In this document: positions 27,376-37,081 of the stretch, piece by piece
Position numbering within the stretch: the first letter of the stretch is position 1
Layout of the letters: each line of letters begins with the position of its first letter
DNA from: Pseudomonadota bacterium
Lineage (GTDB): Bacteria; Campylobacterota; Campylobacteria; Campylobacterales; Sulfurimonadaceae
Assembly: GCA_043797085.1 (NCBI GenBank)
Contig: JAZDQA010000013.1
Span: 1-64,000, forward strand
Reading direction: 5' to 3'
Length of the DNA: 64,000 nucleotides
The notes under the pieces: generated by a model
The model's input: only the letters and a program-made list of their open reading frames with translations
What the model was told of the DNA's origin: nothing
The model's database searches: none
Position numbers and translations under genes: made by a program

Positions 27376-28566
27376 TCACAGTTTTAAATTTAGCTTCTTA
27401 ATCACCATTTTCTTCGACCAAATAGGTTCTTTTAATTCTAGCATTTCTCGTACTTCATCATTAACCAATCGATAAGAAACAACAATCATCACTTGATTGG
27501 CATTTGCAACCAGCGGTAATGAAAATGACTTAGAACTTTCTGCCGGTATCGAAATATTTTGAACTGTTTTTACTGCCAAATGAGGTACCGTAGGCTTACC
27601 TCGCTTACTCACATAGTTTGACGTCAATGAAAGAGTTTTTGTTTGAATAACTTGTTGACCATTCATATAGTTGGCTTCAATCAAAATTTCTCTCGCACCA
27701 AAACCGCTTGGAAGCGCGTGAGGATGAGGATTTGTCAACTTTACCTCTAATGTATTCGATGTTTTTCGAACATCAACACCCAATGCTCCCTGCCACATAT
27801 TTTCAGTATGTGCCCCCTTAAATCCATGAGAACGGACCAATCGCTTGTGTTGTTGTCCATTTGCATTGCGCAAAGTTGCGGCAACTCCCTCAACGCGTGG
27901 TCCCATATGGCAATCGACACATTTTTTTCCGCCACTTTTAAAATCGGCTTTCATGTTTGTAAAGCGATGCCCTTCTTTGGATGTATCATTCGCATGGCAC
28001 ACAAAACAAAGCTGATCAGGATTAGTGTCCATAAACTCACGAGGTTCAACTTTATGATAGGGCGATTTAGCATCATCATACGGTCCGCTCATAATACCTG
28101 ATTTCATCCACGTTACTCGCTCCATACCTCGCTTATTTTCAGGCAATCCATCATGGATTTGATCAATATTATGGCAAACAACACAGTTGATTCCCTCGGA
28201 AATGTTATCGCTTCCAAGCGCTTTATCCACATTTGTATGTCCAGTGGCCTTCAGAGAAGCAAGTGCTTCATATTCAGCACTGGTTTTGGTCACAGAAATA
28301 CGAGGATTATGACACGTTGCACACTCAACTTTCAAACTTCCAACAGAGGTATGCGTTTTTCGAGAAATATAATCGATGGTTTTTTGAAAATACTCATCAT
28401 TCTCGTAGTGAGATTTACTGTGCCATGAATCGTCCCATTGATTCACTATATGATTATGACATGCTCTGCATTTGTCAGAGTTTTTAAACTTATCGCCAAC
28501 AGCAACCACTTCAGCTGCATGCATCCAGACACTCATCAATCCTACTATAAAAAACCAACGCATCAT
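27376..28566 (-). CDS. Periplasmic pentaheme c-type cytochrome (c554/c552-like)
   Basis: Signal peptide and five CxxCH motifs: CRACH, CATCH, CVVCH, CFVCH, CVDCH. Confidence 0.9.
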   Translation of the reverse strand: MMRWFFIVGLMSVWMHAAEVVAVGDKFKNSDKCRACHNHIVNQWDDSWHSKSHYENDEYFQKTIDYISRKTHTSVGSLKVECATCHNPRISVTKTSAEYEALASLKATGHTNVDKALGSDNISEGINCVVCHNIDQIHDGLPENKRGMERVTWMKSGIMSGPYDDAKSPYHKVEPREFMDTNPDQLCFVCHANDTSKEGHRFTNMKADFKSGGKKCVDCHMGPRVEGVAATLRNANGQQHKRLVRSHGFKGAHTENMWQGALGVDVRKTSNTLEVKLTNPHPHALPSGFGAREILIEANYMNGQQVIQTKTLSLTSNYVSKRGKPTVPHLAVKTVQNISIPAESSKSFSLPLVANANQVMIVVSYRLVNDEVREMLELKEPIWSKKMVIKKLNLKL

Positions 28567-28575
28567 AACCCCTTT

Positions 28576-29496
28576 TTATCGATGTTTATCCAACCAAACC
28601 ATTAACCCTTTTTGACCGTGAAGGCGATTTTCTGCCTCTTGAAAAATAACACTTTGATTCCCTTCCAGTACTTCTTCGCTAACTTCTACTCCACGATAAG
28701 CAGGCAAACAATGCAAAAATAGTGCATAAGGATCAGCCAATCCCATCAAAGAAGTATCGACGATATAGCCTTCAAAATCTTCTAAACGCTTGGCTTTTTC
28801 TTCTTCTTGACCCATCGAAATCCACGTATCGGTTGTTACAACCGTAGCACCTAACACGGCTACTTTTGGATCGTGAGTAAATGAAATTTTTGCCCCGCTT
28901 TCTTCTGCTAAGACCATGGCCTCTGCCACGATGGTCGGATCACATTCATACCCTTTTGGAGTAGCAACACGAAGCTCAAATCCCAGCTTACTGGCTAACA
29001 TCAACCATGAGTGAGTCATATTATTTCCATCACCGATATACGCAACAATAGGGTTTTCATGCACTCCACACTCTACCATTGTCATATAATCGGCAATAAG
29101 CTGCACAGGATGGTAACTATCACTCAGACCATTGATAACAGGAACATTTGAATAGTTGGAAAATTCTTCAAGCATAGAGTGTTCGTAAGTACGTATCATT
29201 ACCATATCACACATCGAAGAGATGACACGTGCCGTATCTTTTACCGGTTCTCCGCGTCCTAGATGAATATCACGGTTGGAGAGAAACAGGGCATGACCAC
29301 CCAATTGAAACATCCCCGCTTCAAAACTGACACGAGTACGTGTTGAACTTTTTTCAAAAATCATCGCCAACGTCTGCCCTGCTAAGTAAGGATGCGGCTT
29401 TTTGGCTTTATGTTCTCTTTTAATGAGCAATGCCAAATCGATAATTTCTAAAATTTCTTCTTTGGTATAATCACGTAACGTTAAAAAATGTCTCAC
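28576..29496 (-). CDS. argF: Ornithine carbamoyltransferase
   Basis: [24 protein letters not shown] start after GAGGA. Confidence 0.96.
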   Translation of the reverse strand: MRHFLTLRDYTKEEILEIIDLALLIKREHKAKKPHPYLAGQTLAMIFEKSSTRTRVSFEAGMFQLGGHALFLSNRDIHLGRGEPVKDTARVISSMCDMVMIRTYEHSMLEEFSNYSNVPVINGLSDSYHPVQLIADYMTMVECGVHENPIVAYIGDGNNMTHSWLMLASKLGFELRVATPKGYECDPTIVAEAMVLAEESGAKISFTHDPKVAVLGATVVTTDTWISMGQEEEKAKRLEDFEGYIVDTSLMGLADPYALFLHCLPAYRGVEVSEEVLEGNQSVIFQEAENRLHGQKGLMVWLDKHR

Positions 29497-29544
29497 TTTA
29501 ATTCCTCTGCATTCAAAAAACAATCATAGCATAAAACTATTTTA

Positions 29545-30510
29545 TTAATTCAAAATCTGTGCTACTTCTTTAGCATGGTAGCTAATAATGATGTCAGCAC
29601 CCGCTCGCTTGAACCCAATCATCGTTTCCATCATCACTCGGTTATAATCAATAAGACCTGCTTTTCCGGCGAATTTCAGCATTGCATATTCTCCGCTCAC
29701 GTTATAAACGGCTAACGGCAATGAAGAGGCTTCACGAATATCTCGAATGATGTCCAAATACGCTAATGCCGGCTTCACCATCAAGATATCTGCACCCTGC
29801 GCTTCATCTGCAAGACTTTCTCGAATAGCCTCACGACGATTGGCAGGATCCATCTGATAGGTTGAACGATCGCCAAAACTTGGAACCGATTCCGCAACAT
29901 CACGAAATGGTCCATAATAGCCGCTAGCGAATTTAGTAGAATATGCCATAATGGGAAGATTTGGGTATCCGCCTGTATCAAGTGCATCACGCAGTGTCGT
30001 AATAATCCCGTCCATCATTCCTGAGGGTGCTATCATATCCACACCTGCACGCGCATGAACTAACGCTTGTTGCGCTGAAATGCCAAGCGTTAAATCGTTA
30101 TCCACCGTTTCATGAACGTGATCGAGAATTCCACAATGTCCATGGTCGGTATATTCACAAAAGCACAAATCAGTAACGACAAACATGGTAGGAAAGAAGC
30201 GTTTAATGGCACGAACCGCTGTCGCGATAATCCCGTGATCGCACAAAGCATCGGAGCCTATGGAATCTTTCACCTCAGGAATACCAAATAAAAGTATCGA
30301 ATTAAGTCCTAACGATTGTAAGACACCGCATTCTTTGAGTATTTCATCCAAACTCATTTGATAGACACCCGGCATTGAGGAAACTTCAGTTTTTATCCCC
30401 TCCCCCGGTCTCACAAATAATGGATAGATAAAATCATCTACACTCACATGCGTTTCTCGTACTAACGAGCGCAAAGTCGAGTTCGAACGTGTACGGCGAA
30501 AACGGTTCAT
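29545..30510 (-). CDS. hemB: Porphobilinogen synthase
   Basis: [35 protein letters not shown]. Confidence 0.98.
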   Translation of the reverse strand: MNRFRRTRSNSTLRSLVRETHVSVDDFIYPLFVRPGEGIKTEVSSMPGVYQMSLDEILKECGVLQSLGLNSILLFGIPEVKDSIGSDALCDHGIIATAVRAIKRFFPTMFVVTDLCFCEYTDHGHCGILDHVHETVDNDLTLGISAQQALVHARAGVDMIAPSGMMDGIITTLRDALDTGGYPNLPIMAYSTKFASGYYGPFRDVAESVPSFGDRSTYQMDPANRREAIRESLADEAQGADILMVKPALAYLDIIRDIREASSLPLAVYNVSGEYAMLKFAGKAGLIDYNRVMMETMIGFKRAGADIIISYHAKEVAQILN

Positions 30511-30551
30511 TGGTAATACTCCCTAAAAATAATGGATGAATTGTACTGCTG

Positions 30552-30719
30552 ATTTAATTAATGTTACGCACTTACGCACATTGAAGGATTTTTTTGAAAA
30601 TTCAAAAATGCATAGGCTAATATTACGTACAGTCAAAGCATTTCTGCTTTTTAACGAATGAAGTTTAGAGTTGAATTTTCAAAAAAATCCTTCAATGTAC
30701 GTAACATCAGTAATTAAAT
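30552..30719. repeat. Long inverted repeat (28 bp perfect core, imperfect extension to about 50 bp) around a 65 bp spacer; MITE-like
   Basis: ACATTGAAGGATTTTTTTGAAAATTCAA (30578-30605) is the exact reverse complement of 30671-30698. Confidence 0.85.
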
Positions 30720-30756
30720 AACCCATTTTTAAAAAACAACGATTATAATGCACTTT

Positions 30757-31347
30757 ATGAAAACTATTATCCCCACTTTTGAAAAATCTGCCATTGCCAA
30801 TCTTCCGAGTAAATATGGGCACTTTAAAATTCGTGCTTATAAAGAAGGATGCCAAGAACATCTTATTGTTTTTACAGAAAACTTTGAAGCCGTTGAAGCT
30901 CCACTGGTTCGTATCCATTCTCAGTGCCTCACGGGGGATACGTTTGGAAGCATTAAATGCGACTGCAACAATCAGCTCCACAAAGCACTCAAGCTTATAG
31001 GAAAAGAAGGAGGCATGATCATCTATCATGCACAAGAGGGGCGAAATATTGGTCTTGTCAATAAACTCAATGCATACGCTCTTCAAGATCAAGGACGTAA
31101 TACCATCGAAGCAAACGTAGAGCTGGGATTTGCTCCCGATGAGCGCACCTATGATGTGGTTCGTGAAGTATTTAATGATTTTAAGCTCACAAAAATCAAA
31201 CTCCTAACCAATAATCCTGCTAAAGTATTGGTAGTCGAAGGATTGGATGTTGAAATAGTGGAACGTATCCCTGTTATTATTGACTCTAATCCTTATAATG
31301 AAGGTTACTTAAAAACCAAAAAAGAGTGCATGGGTCATATCATATAG
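30757..31347 (+). CDS. ribA: GTP cyclohydrolase II
   Basis: VRIHSQCLTGD...CDC, QEGRNIGL, LLTNNP. Confidence 0.96.
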   Translation: MKTIIPTFEKSAIANLPSKYGHFKIRAYKEGCQEHLIVFTENFEAVEAPLVRIHSQCLTGDTFGSIKCDCNNQLHKALKLIGKEGGMIIYHAQEGRNIGLVNKLNAYALQDQGRNTIEANVELGFAPDERTYDVVREVFNDFKLTKIKLLTNNPAKVLVVEGLDVEIVERIPVIIDSNPYNEGYLKTKKECMGHII

Positions 31348-31411
31348 AGTTAAATCACATTTTAAGCACATTTTTTAGTTATACTCCATGTATTAGATAA
31401 TTAGGATAAAT

Positions 31412-33541
31412 ATGCGCATACTATTTTTACTTTATTACTGTTCGCTGTCTCTCTTTGCTCTTAGTGATAACTATAAAATAGTTATCACTACCTATAAAAC
31501 AAAAACTGAAGCGCAGCAAGCATTCAAGCATGATAAAGCCGATCCAAAAAGTGCTCTTCTGCCCTATCTCAACGAGAAACAACTGATTATTCATACCCGA
31601 AAATCAGGGAAAAATAATATTATTGCTATCGAACCTTTTTCAAATCGCGAAGACGCACAAACCGTACTAAAAGACCTCTCTCCTTATTATCCAAATGCTT
31701 TTGTAAGTCGTGGTGTTGCCAATGATATTGAATTTCTTTTAATGCGACACCGTAATGACTTAAATCTAAAAAAACAAACTCCTTCTGCTCAATCTCTTGC
31801 AGCGATACCGCTGCCTAAAAAAGAAGAAATCGCATCAGATACATTGTCATACAACTATGAAAGAGTGTTTTTCCTCTCTATACTCGCAGTATTGTTTGCC
31901 TATTTTTTGTGGAAAGCGCGTCAATTAAAAAAGCTACAAAATCGTAATGAACTTCTTTTAAAAGAAAAAACAGAAATCCAAGATGCCATGCAATCAAAAA
32001 ACGACTTTATTGCGATGATGAATCACGAAATTCGTGCCCCAATTAATGCGATCATGGGAATCAGTCATCTTATCTTAGAATCCAGACTCACCGTAAGCCA
32101 ACGTTCTCAAATTACTAAAATAAAAGATGCAACTTCCATTTTACACACGTTGGTCAATGATATTCTGGATCACTCAAAGATAGAAGCGGGTAAAATAACC
32201 ATCGAAAAAATTCCTTTTGATCTTAATACGATGCTGGATGATATTTCCAATATCATTGCCCACAAAGCAGATGAAAAGCAACTGGAATTAATCTTTGACA
32301 TTGATCAAAGTGTCCCCAATAAACTCATCGGTGACCCTCTTAGACTGCTCCAAATATTAGTTAACCTACTCAATAATGCCATCAAATTTACCGATACCGG
32401 AAGTGTTATCCTTCGCTTACGCGCTCAGCAAATTAGCCGTTTAAATCTAAAAATTCATTTTGAGATTATTGATACAGGAATTGGCATTGAAGCTGAAGCC
32501 CTAAAAAAATTATTTGCTTCCTACGTTCAGGCCGATGAAACCATTTCACGAAAATATGGCGGTACGGGGCTAGGACTTGCAATTTGTAAAAATCTCATCT
32601 CTTTAATGGGGGGAAGTATTCAAGTAGAAAGTCTTCCAAATCAAGGGAGTACTTTTTCATTTGATATTAAGCTTTATTCCGATTTTGAGTATGAAAAACG
32701 TCGTTATCGTCTTCCAACAGCGGACTTAATGTCCAAAAATGGATTAATTTTAGATAGTAATACAACCAGTGCTGAAGTACTAAAAAGAGGATTAGAGTAT
32801 TTTCATTATGAGGTAAAAACGGTCACTAACTCCGTTGATGCAGTAGAAGCACTAAAAAATCACTTTATTGATATAGTCTTTATCGATGCACGTATAGCAC
32901 TCTCCGGAGAGTTTAAAAAAGAACTTCAAAATCGAATAAAAAATGACAATCTCAAGTTAATCTGGATGGGAGAAGATACTAAAAAAAGAGGAGGATTGAT
33001 CCTCTCTAAACCATACAATCAATTGAATATTTTTAATACTATTTTATTAGCATATGGTCACTTGGATCAAGAAAAGCAAGAGCTAAGCAACAGTAAAAAA
33101 CTCAAAGAAAATTTAAAAAAATTTGCGGGTGAAACTTTGCTATTAGCTGAAGACAACGAGATTAACCGTTCTATTATCAAAGGCTTGCTCTCGGGTACAA
33201 ATATCATCATAGTAACCGCTGAAAATGGAAAAGAAGCCGTTGAAATCGTTGAGCTCAATTCAGATATCAGTGTTATTTTAATGGACATACAAATGCCGAT
33301 TATGGATGGTTTTGAAGCTGCAAAGTTAATACGACAAGATCATGAAAAAGATTTTATTCCTATTATAGCCGTTACAGGGAATACGTTTGAAAGTGATATT
33401 CACAATATAAGCAGTTCAGGTATGAATGGTCATGTCAGCAAACCAATCGATGTTAATACTTTTTATACCACCTTATATTATGCCTTTGAAAAATCGAAAA
33501 ATCAATCCAAGAAAACACCTCATTTAGAACATATTGCCTAA
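31412..33541 (+). CDS. Hybrid sensor histidine kinase with a SPOR-like periplasmic domain and two receiver domains
   Basis: Signal peptide, SPOR-like region (...EPFSNREDAQTVLKDLSPYYPNAFV), TM, NHEIRAP H-box, NLLNNAIKFT, DTGIG, GGTGLGL, degenerate REC, canonical REC (LMDIQMP). Confidence 0.88.
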   Translation: MRILFLLYYCSLSLFALSDNYKIVITTYKTKTEAQQAFKHDKADPKSALLPYLNEKQLIIHTRKSGKNNIIAIEPFSNREDAQTVLKDLSPYYPNAFVSRGVANDIEFLLMRHRNDLNLKKQTPSAQSLAAIPLPKKEEIASDTLSYNYERVFFLSILAVLFAYFLWKARQLKKLQNRNELLLKEKTEIQDAMQSKNDFIAMMNHEIRAPINAIMGISHLILESRLTVSQRSQITKIKDATSILHTLVNDILDHSKIEAGKITIEKIPFDLNTMLDDISNIIAHKADEKQLELIFDIDQSVPNKLIGDPLRLLQILVNLLNNAIKFTDTGSVILRLRAQQISRLNLKIHFEIIDTGIGIEAEALKKLFASYVQADETISRKYGGTGLGLAICKNLISLMGGSIQVESLPNQGSTFSFDIKLYSDFEYEKRRYRLPTADLMSKNGLILDSNTTSAEVLKRGLEYFHYEVKTVTNSVDAVEALKNHFIDIVFIDARIALSGEFKKELQNRIKNDNLKLIWMGEDTKKRGGLILSKPYNQLNIFNTILLAYGHLDQEKQELSNSKKLKENLKKFAGETLLLAEDNEINRSIIKGLLSGTNIIIVTAENGKEAVEIVELNSDISVILMDIQMPIMDGFEAAKLIRQDHEKDFIPIIAVTGNTFESDIHNISSSGMNGHVSKPIDVNTFYTTLYYAFEKSKNQSKKTPHLEHIA

Positions 33542-33596
33542 GCATTTTTTTGGTACTATGGGCTTAACACTTTAGCTTAGATAACAGGAAACTCTT

Positions 33597-34175
33597 TTGG
33601 CATCACTCAAAACATTACTCCAAACTCAAAACATCAACGTTCCGGATGATTTTTTTGAAAAAATTGAAGTATATAAAACATTATTAATGCAATGGAATAA
33701 AATTCATAACCTCACTGGGGCAAAAAATATCGCCCAAATTGATGAATTTATCGTTGATGCGATTGTTCCTATTACTTTTTTACCTCCCATCAAAAATGCT
33801 ATGGATATCGGAACAGGGGCAGGATTTCCAGGAATGATTTTGGCTTTTGCACTGCCGCAAACTCATTTTACGCTCGTTGAACCTCTCGCAAAACGTGCTA
33901 GTTTTTTGCAATTTGTGAAAGCTGATTTGGGACTTACAAATGTAGATGTTAAAGCCCTCCGTGTTGAACAACTTCCCCCTGCATCGTATGATTTTATTAC
34001 CTCGCGCGCCGTGACCGACACCAAGATGCTTCTCAAACTTTCAGAACCTTTTCGCTCAAAGGGTACTCTTTTGCTCTTTTACAAAGGGGAAAAAGTGTAT
34101 GATGAAGTGGACGAATTGCTAAACTATCAAATCATCGAAAAACAAAATCGTCACTATCTTTTAATCGAGTCGTAA
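33597..34175 (+). CDS. rsmG: 16S rRNA m7G527 methyltransferase
   Basis: [23 protein letters not shown]. Confidence 0.95.
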   Translation: MASLKTLLQTQNINVPDDFFEKIEVYKTLLMQWNKIHNLTGAKNIAQIDEFIVDAIVPITFLPPIKNAMDIGTGAGFPGMILAFALPQTHFTLVEPLAKRASFLQFVKADLGLTNVDVKALRVEQLPPASYDFITSRAVTDTKMLLKLSEPFRSKGTLLLFYKGEKVYDEVDELLNYQIIEKQNRHYLLIES

Positions 34176-34178
34176 ATT

Positions 34179-34397
34179 ATGTTATTAAAACTGCTTCTTT
34201 TTATCGGTGTTATCGCTACAATGTATTATGTTTTTTTTGCGAAAAAGAAAAGTCTTACTTCGCCTAAAAATGACAATTCAATGGATGAAGCAATGATTCC
34301 CTGTGCAACATGCGGTGTCTATATACAAGCCAAAGAAGCACTCATGAGCAGTGGGAAATATTACTGTTCACCTGAATGTATGGAGAAAAAACAATGA
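34179..34397 (+). CDS. PP0621-family small Zn-ribbon membrane protein
   Basis: TM then MIPCATCGVY...YYCSPEC. Confidence 0.8.
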   Translation: MLLKLLLFIGVIATMYYVFFAKKKSLTSPKNDNSMDEAMIPCATCGVYIQAKEALMSSGKYYCSPECMEKKQ

Positions 34398-34786
34398 TAC
34401 TTTTTGGCCATCCTCTTATCCCCTCGGAACGTTTTTATCATGTCTCTTCAATCGAAGCGATTAATAATACTCCCTCAAACTCTGTTATTGCTCTATTTTT
34501 TGAAGAGCAGAATCTTGATATTATTGCCCATCTACATCTTAATTCTATCCGATTTGCTCTGTACGTCAGCTCTAATATCCAAGCAGTTTTAGCGGAAAAT
34601 CTCCATGCTTCCTATCTCATTGTCAATCTCAAAAATGGTTCTGAAATTCAAAAAATTGCAGAGCACTATCTCTTTGATGCCAAAGTTTTGGGTCATTGCG
34701 AAGATGAAGAGAATCTCGAAGAAATCCTAGATATGAGACTTGACGGGGCTATTTTTGCAGAGGCAATTATTAAAATCACGTCATAG
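34394..34786 (+). CDS. Conserved hypothetical protein
   Basis: ATGA overlap with the previous gene; QKIAEHYLFDAKVL...LDGAIF. Confidence 0.7.
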   Translation: MILFGHPLIPSERFYHVSSIEAINNTPSNSVIALFFEEQNLDIIAHLHLNSIRFALYVSSNIQAVLAENLHASYLIVNLKNGSEIQKIAEHYLFDAKVLGHCEDEENLEEILDMRLDGAIFAEAIIKITS

Positions 34787-34791
34787 TTTAA

Positions 34792-34873
34792 ACGACAAAG
34801 GAATCCATCCCTTTGTCTACGCTAACGCTTGTGTTCTCTTCAACAGAGGGTTCACGTGCAGTAAACCGCACTT
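34792..34873 (+). repeat. Dispersed three-hairpin REP-like element, subtype 1 (copy H)
   Basis: AC-GACAAAGGAATCCATCCCTTTGTC-TACGCT-AACGCTTGTGTTCTCTTCAACAGAGGGTTCACGTGCAGTAAACCGCACTT. Confidence 0.9.
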
Positions 34874-34877
34874 AGAA

Positions 34878-35894
34878 TTAATCAATCCATTCTCTCTTCA
34901 AATCTTTATCCAAACACGCCAATATTTCATATCCGATCGTTCCTACCGCTTTAGCGTACTCATTTGCATTATCAAAAATCAACAGTTCATCTGCATCACC
35001 AGCGAATGTAGCACAGTCCATGGAAATACGTCCCAGTAAAGCAATTTCATTCGGAGTCACATATCGATTGGATGCAAGCCTGTCAAGTCCATTGGCGTAT
35101 CCCAAATCGTATGTCGATACCACCTCATCAGATGATGCCTCATAAAGTCCGTTATAACCAACTCTCTCGCCTGCTCGCAAAATGCGTGTAGAAATCTTCT
35201 CTCCCCACAACGATAAAACCGGTTTTAACTGCGGCTGAGGCAAGGAGTCATCCATTTGTAAACATCCATACAAAGCAATCCCCACACGAACCATATCATC
35301 AGAACATTCGCTTGAGCGGAATGTTCCTGCTGAATTGGAGAGGTGAAATTGAAGGTTCCATTTATATTTTTCAGCGTGCTTTAACGCCTCTTTTTTGAGC
35401 GTATCAAACGCATATCGCTGCCAAAACCACTCAGAGCTGAGAGTGTCGGCACTCTTAAAATGACTCATAACTCCGACACACTCTAGCCCCTGAGCTGCAA
35501 TAGCATCAAAAGCTTTCTTGAGCTCATCCATTCTCACACCGTTACGGTGCATGCCTGTATCCATTTTAAGTTCTACTTTTGTCCCTTTTGGAAACTTTTT
35601 TAAATAGCTAAGAGAATTAATAACATAATGAAATTTTGAATTAACAACCGTAGGAAAATCTGAAAGAATTAAAATATCCTCAAAAAAATCGCTGATTTCT
35701 AACGCCTCACGCTCCAATCTCACAACCGCATGAGTAATCCCGTACTCATGCGCTGCCTGCGCAATTAACACAGCTCCATGACCATATGCGTTGTCTTTTA
35801 AAACCACTGCAATTTTATCTTTTCCACCGACTTGATGTGCAATAATGTCAAGATTATTTTTAAGTGCCTCGCGGCTTAGTTTTATCGTTCCCAT
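34878..35894 (-). CDS. alr: Alanine racemase
   Basis: AVVLKDNAYGHG, DTGMHRNG, NSAG, VRVGIALYG, GRISMD. Confidence 0.96.
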   Translation of the reverse strand: MGTIKLSREALKNNLDIIAHQVGGKDKIAVVLKDNAYGHGAVLIAQAAHEYGITHAVVRLEREALEISDFFEDILILSDFPTVVNSKFHYVINSLSYLKKFPKGTKVELKMDTGMHRNGVRMDELKKAFDAIAAQGLECVGVMSHFKSADTLSSEWFWQRYAFDTLKKEALKHAEKYKWNLQFHLSNSAGTFRSSECSDDMVRVGIALYGCLQMDDSLPQPQLKPVLSLWGEKISTRILRAGERVGYNGLYEASSDEVVSTYDLGYANGLDRLASNRYVTPNEIALLGRISMDCATFAGDADELLIFDNANEYAKAVGTIGYEILACLDKDLKREWID

Positions 35895-35906
35895 GAGTGC
35901 CTCAAT

Positions 35907-35982
35907 AAATTCTGCCTCGCCAGAGGCTAACTTTAGTAGCCCAAGTGGCTAACGTAGCCAAAGGGATGAATTCCTTTGGCGT
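35907..35982 (-). repeat. Dispersed three-hairpin REP-like element, subtype 2 (copy I)
   Basis: Reverse complement AC-GCCAAAGGAATTCATCCCTTTGGC-TACGTT-AGCCACTTGGGCTACTAAAGTTAGCCTCTGGCGAGGCAGAATTT. Confidence 0.9.
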
Positions 35983-36006
35983 CTAATTATATTACAAGGT
36001 AAATTA

Positions 36007-37023
36007 ATGCGCTATTTCCCAGCCGAATTTGAACTCCAAAGTTTTGTTCAACTCATTTTTCCTCATCCCCAAAGTGATTGGGTAGATTATCTTGAAGAAG
36101 CACGTCAATGCTTTGTTGCTATTGCCTCGTCCATTGCTAAATATCAACCGTGTCTTATCATTTGTGATGATATTGATGCTGTCAAACACTATTTTTCTTC
36201 TCACGATAATCTCATTTTTGTTTCCTACCAAAGCGATGACACGTGGGCGCGCGATTGCAGTGCACTATGCGTTATTGACGAAAATGAGGATGAAGCTTTG
36301 CTACTGGATTTCTCCTTCACAGGCTGGGGCGGAAAATTTGATGCAACACGTGATAATGCCATGAGTGAAAGTATCAAAAATATTTACGGCGCGCGTATGG
36401 AAAAAATTAATCTTATTTTAGAAGGGGGAGGTGTCGAATCCAACGGTGTCGGAAGTTTGCTTACTACCGCAGAGTGTCTTTTAAATCCAAACAGAAATCC
36501 TCATCTCACGAAAATCCAAACCGAAGCTATTTTAAAAAAAGAGTTCGGTGTCGAGCAGATTTTATGGCTCAATCACGGTTATTTGGCAGGAGATGACACC
36601 GATAGCCACATCGATACCCTTGCACGTTTCATCGATACCGACACCATCATGTACGTGAAATGTGAGGATAAAGAGGATGAGCATTACAGCGAATTGAAAA
36701 AAATGGAAGAAGAACTCCAATCCTTACGTGATTTAGACGGTGAGCCGTTCCGTCTCATTGCATTACCAATGACACAACCTCATTTTTATGAGGGTGAGCG
36801 GCTTCCTGCTACCTATGCTAATTTTTTGATTATTAATGATGCCGTACTTTTACCTGTCTATAATGATCCTCATGATGCTGAGGCAATTGCTATTTGCAAA
36901 CGCGCATTTTACGGACGGAACATCATCCCTATCGACTGTTCTGTCCTCATTCGTCAACATGGATCACTTCATTGTGTTACGATGCAATTTCCCGAAGAAG
37001 TGGGGTTAAGACTTCCGTCTTAA
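36007..37023 (+). CDS. Agmatine deiminase / peptidylarginine deiminase family
   Basis: PAEFE, DTWARD, EGGG, DDTDSHID, GSLHCVTMQ. Confidence 0.93.
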   Translation: MRYFPAEFELQSFVQLIFPHPQSDWVDYLEEARQCFVAIASSIAKYQPCLIICDDIDAVKHYFSSHDNLIFVSYQSDDTWARDCSALCVIDENEDEALLLDFSFTGWGGKFDATRDNAMSESIKNIYGARMEKINLILEGGGVESNGVGSLLTTAECLLNPNRNPHLTKIQTEAILKKEFGVEQILWLNHGYLAGDDTDSHIDTLARFIDTDTIMYVKCEDKEDEHYSELKKMEEELQSLRDLDGEPFRLIALPMTQPHFYEGERLPATYANFLIINDAVLLPVYNDPHDAEAIAICKRAFYGRNIIPIDCSVLIRQHGSLHCVTMQFPEEVGLRLPS

Positions 37024-37081
37024 CACTAATGTAACACTTTTTTTCTATTATATGATGTCAAATAATCTTTAAGGAAAAAGA

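Noticed and set aside
30511..30756. FMN riboswitch upstream of ribA, or 6S RNA
   Set aside because: No FMN aptamer consensus (AGGGCGGGGTGAAATTCCC) and ribA appears leaderless; the perfect AT-rich arms do not resemble the bulged 6S structure. An Rfam scan would settle it.
34740..35039. 99 aa ORF spanning repeat copy H
   Set aside because: Chance read-through of the repeat that overlaps alr in antisense; no RBS.
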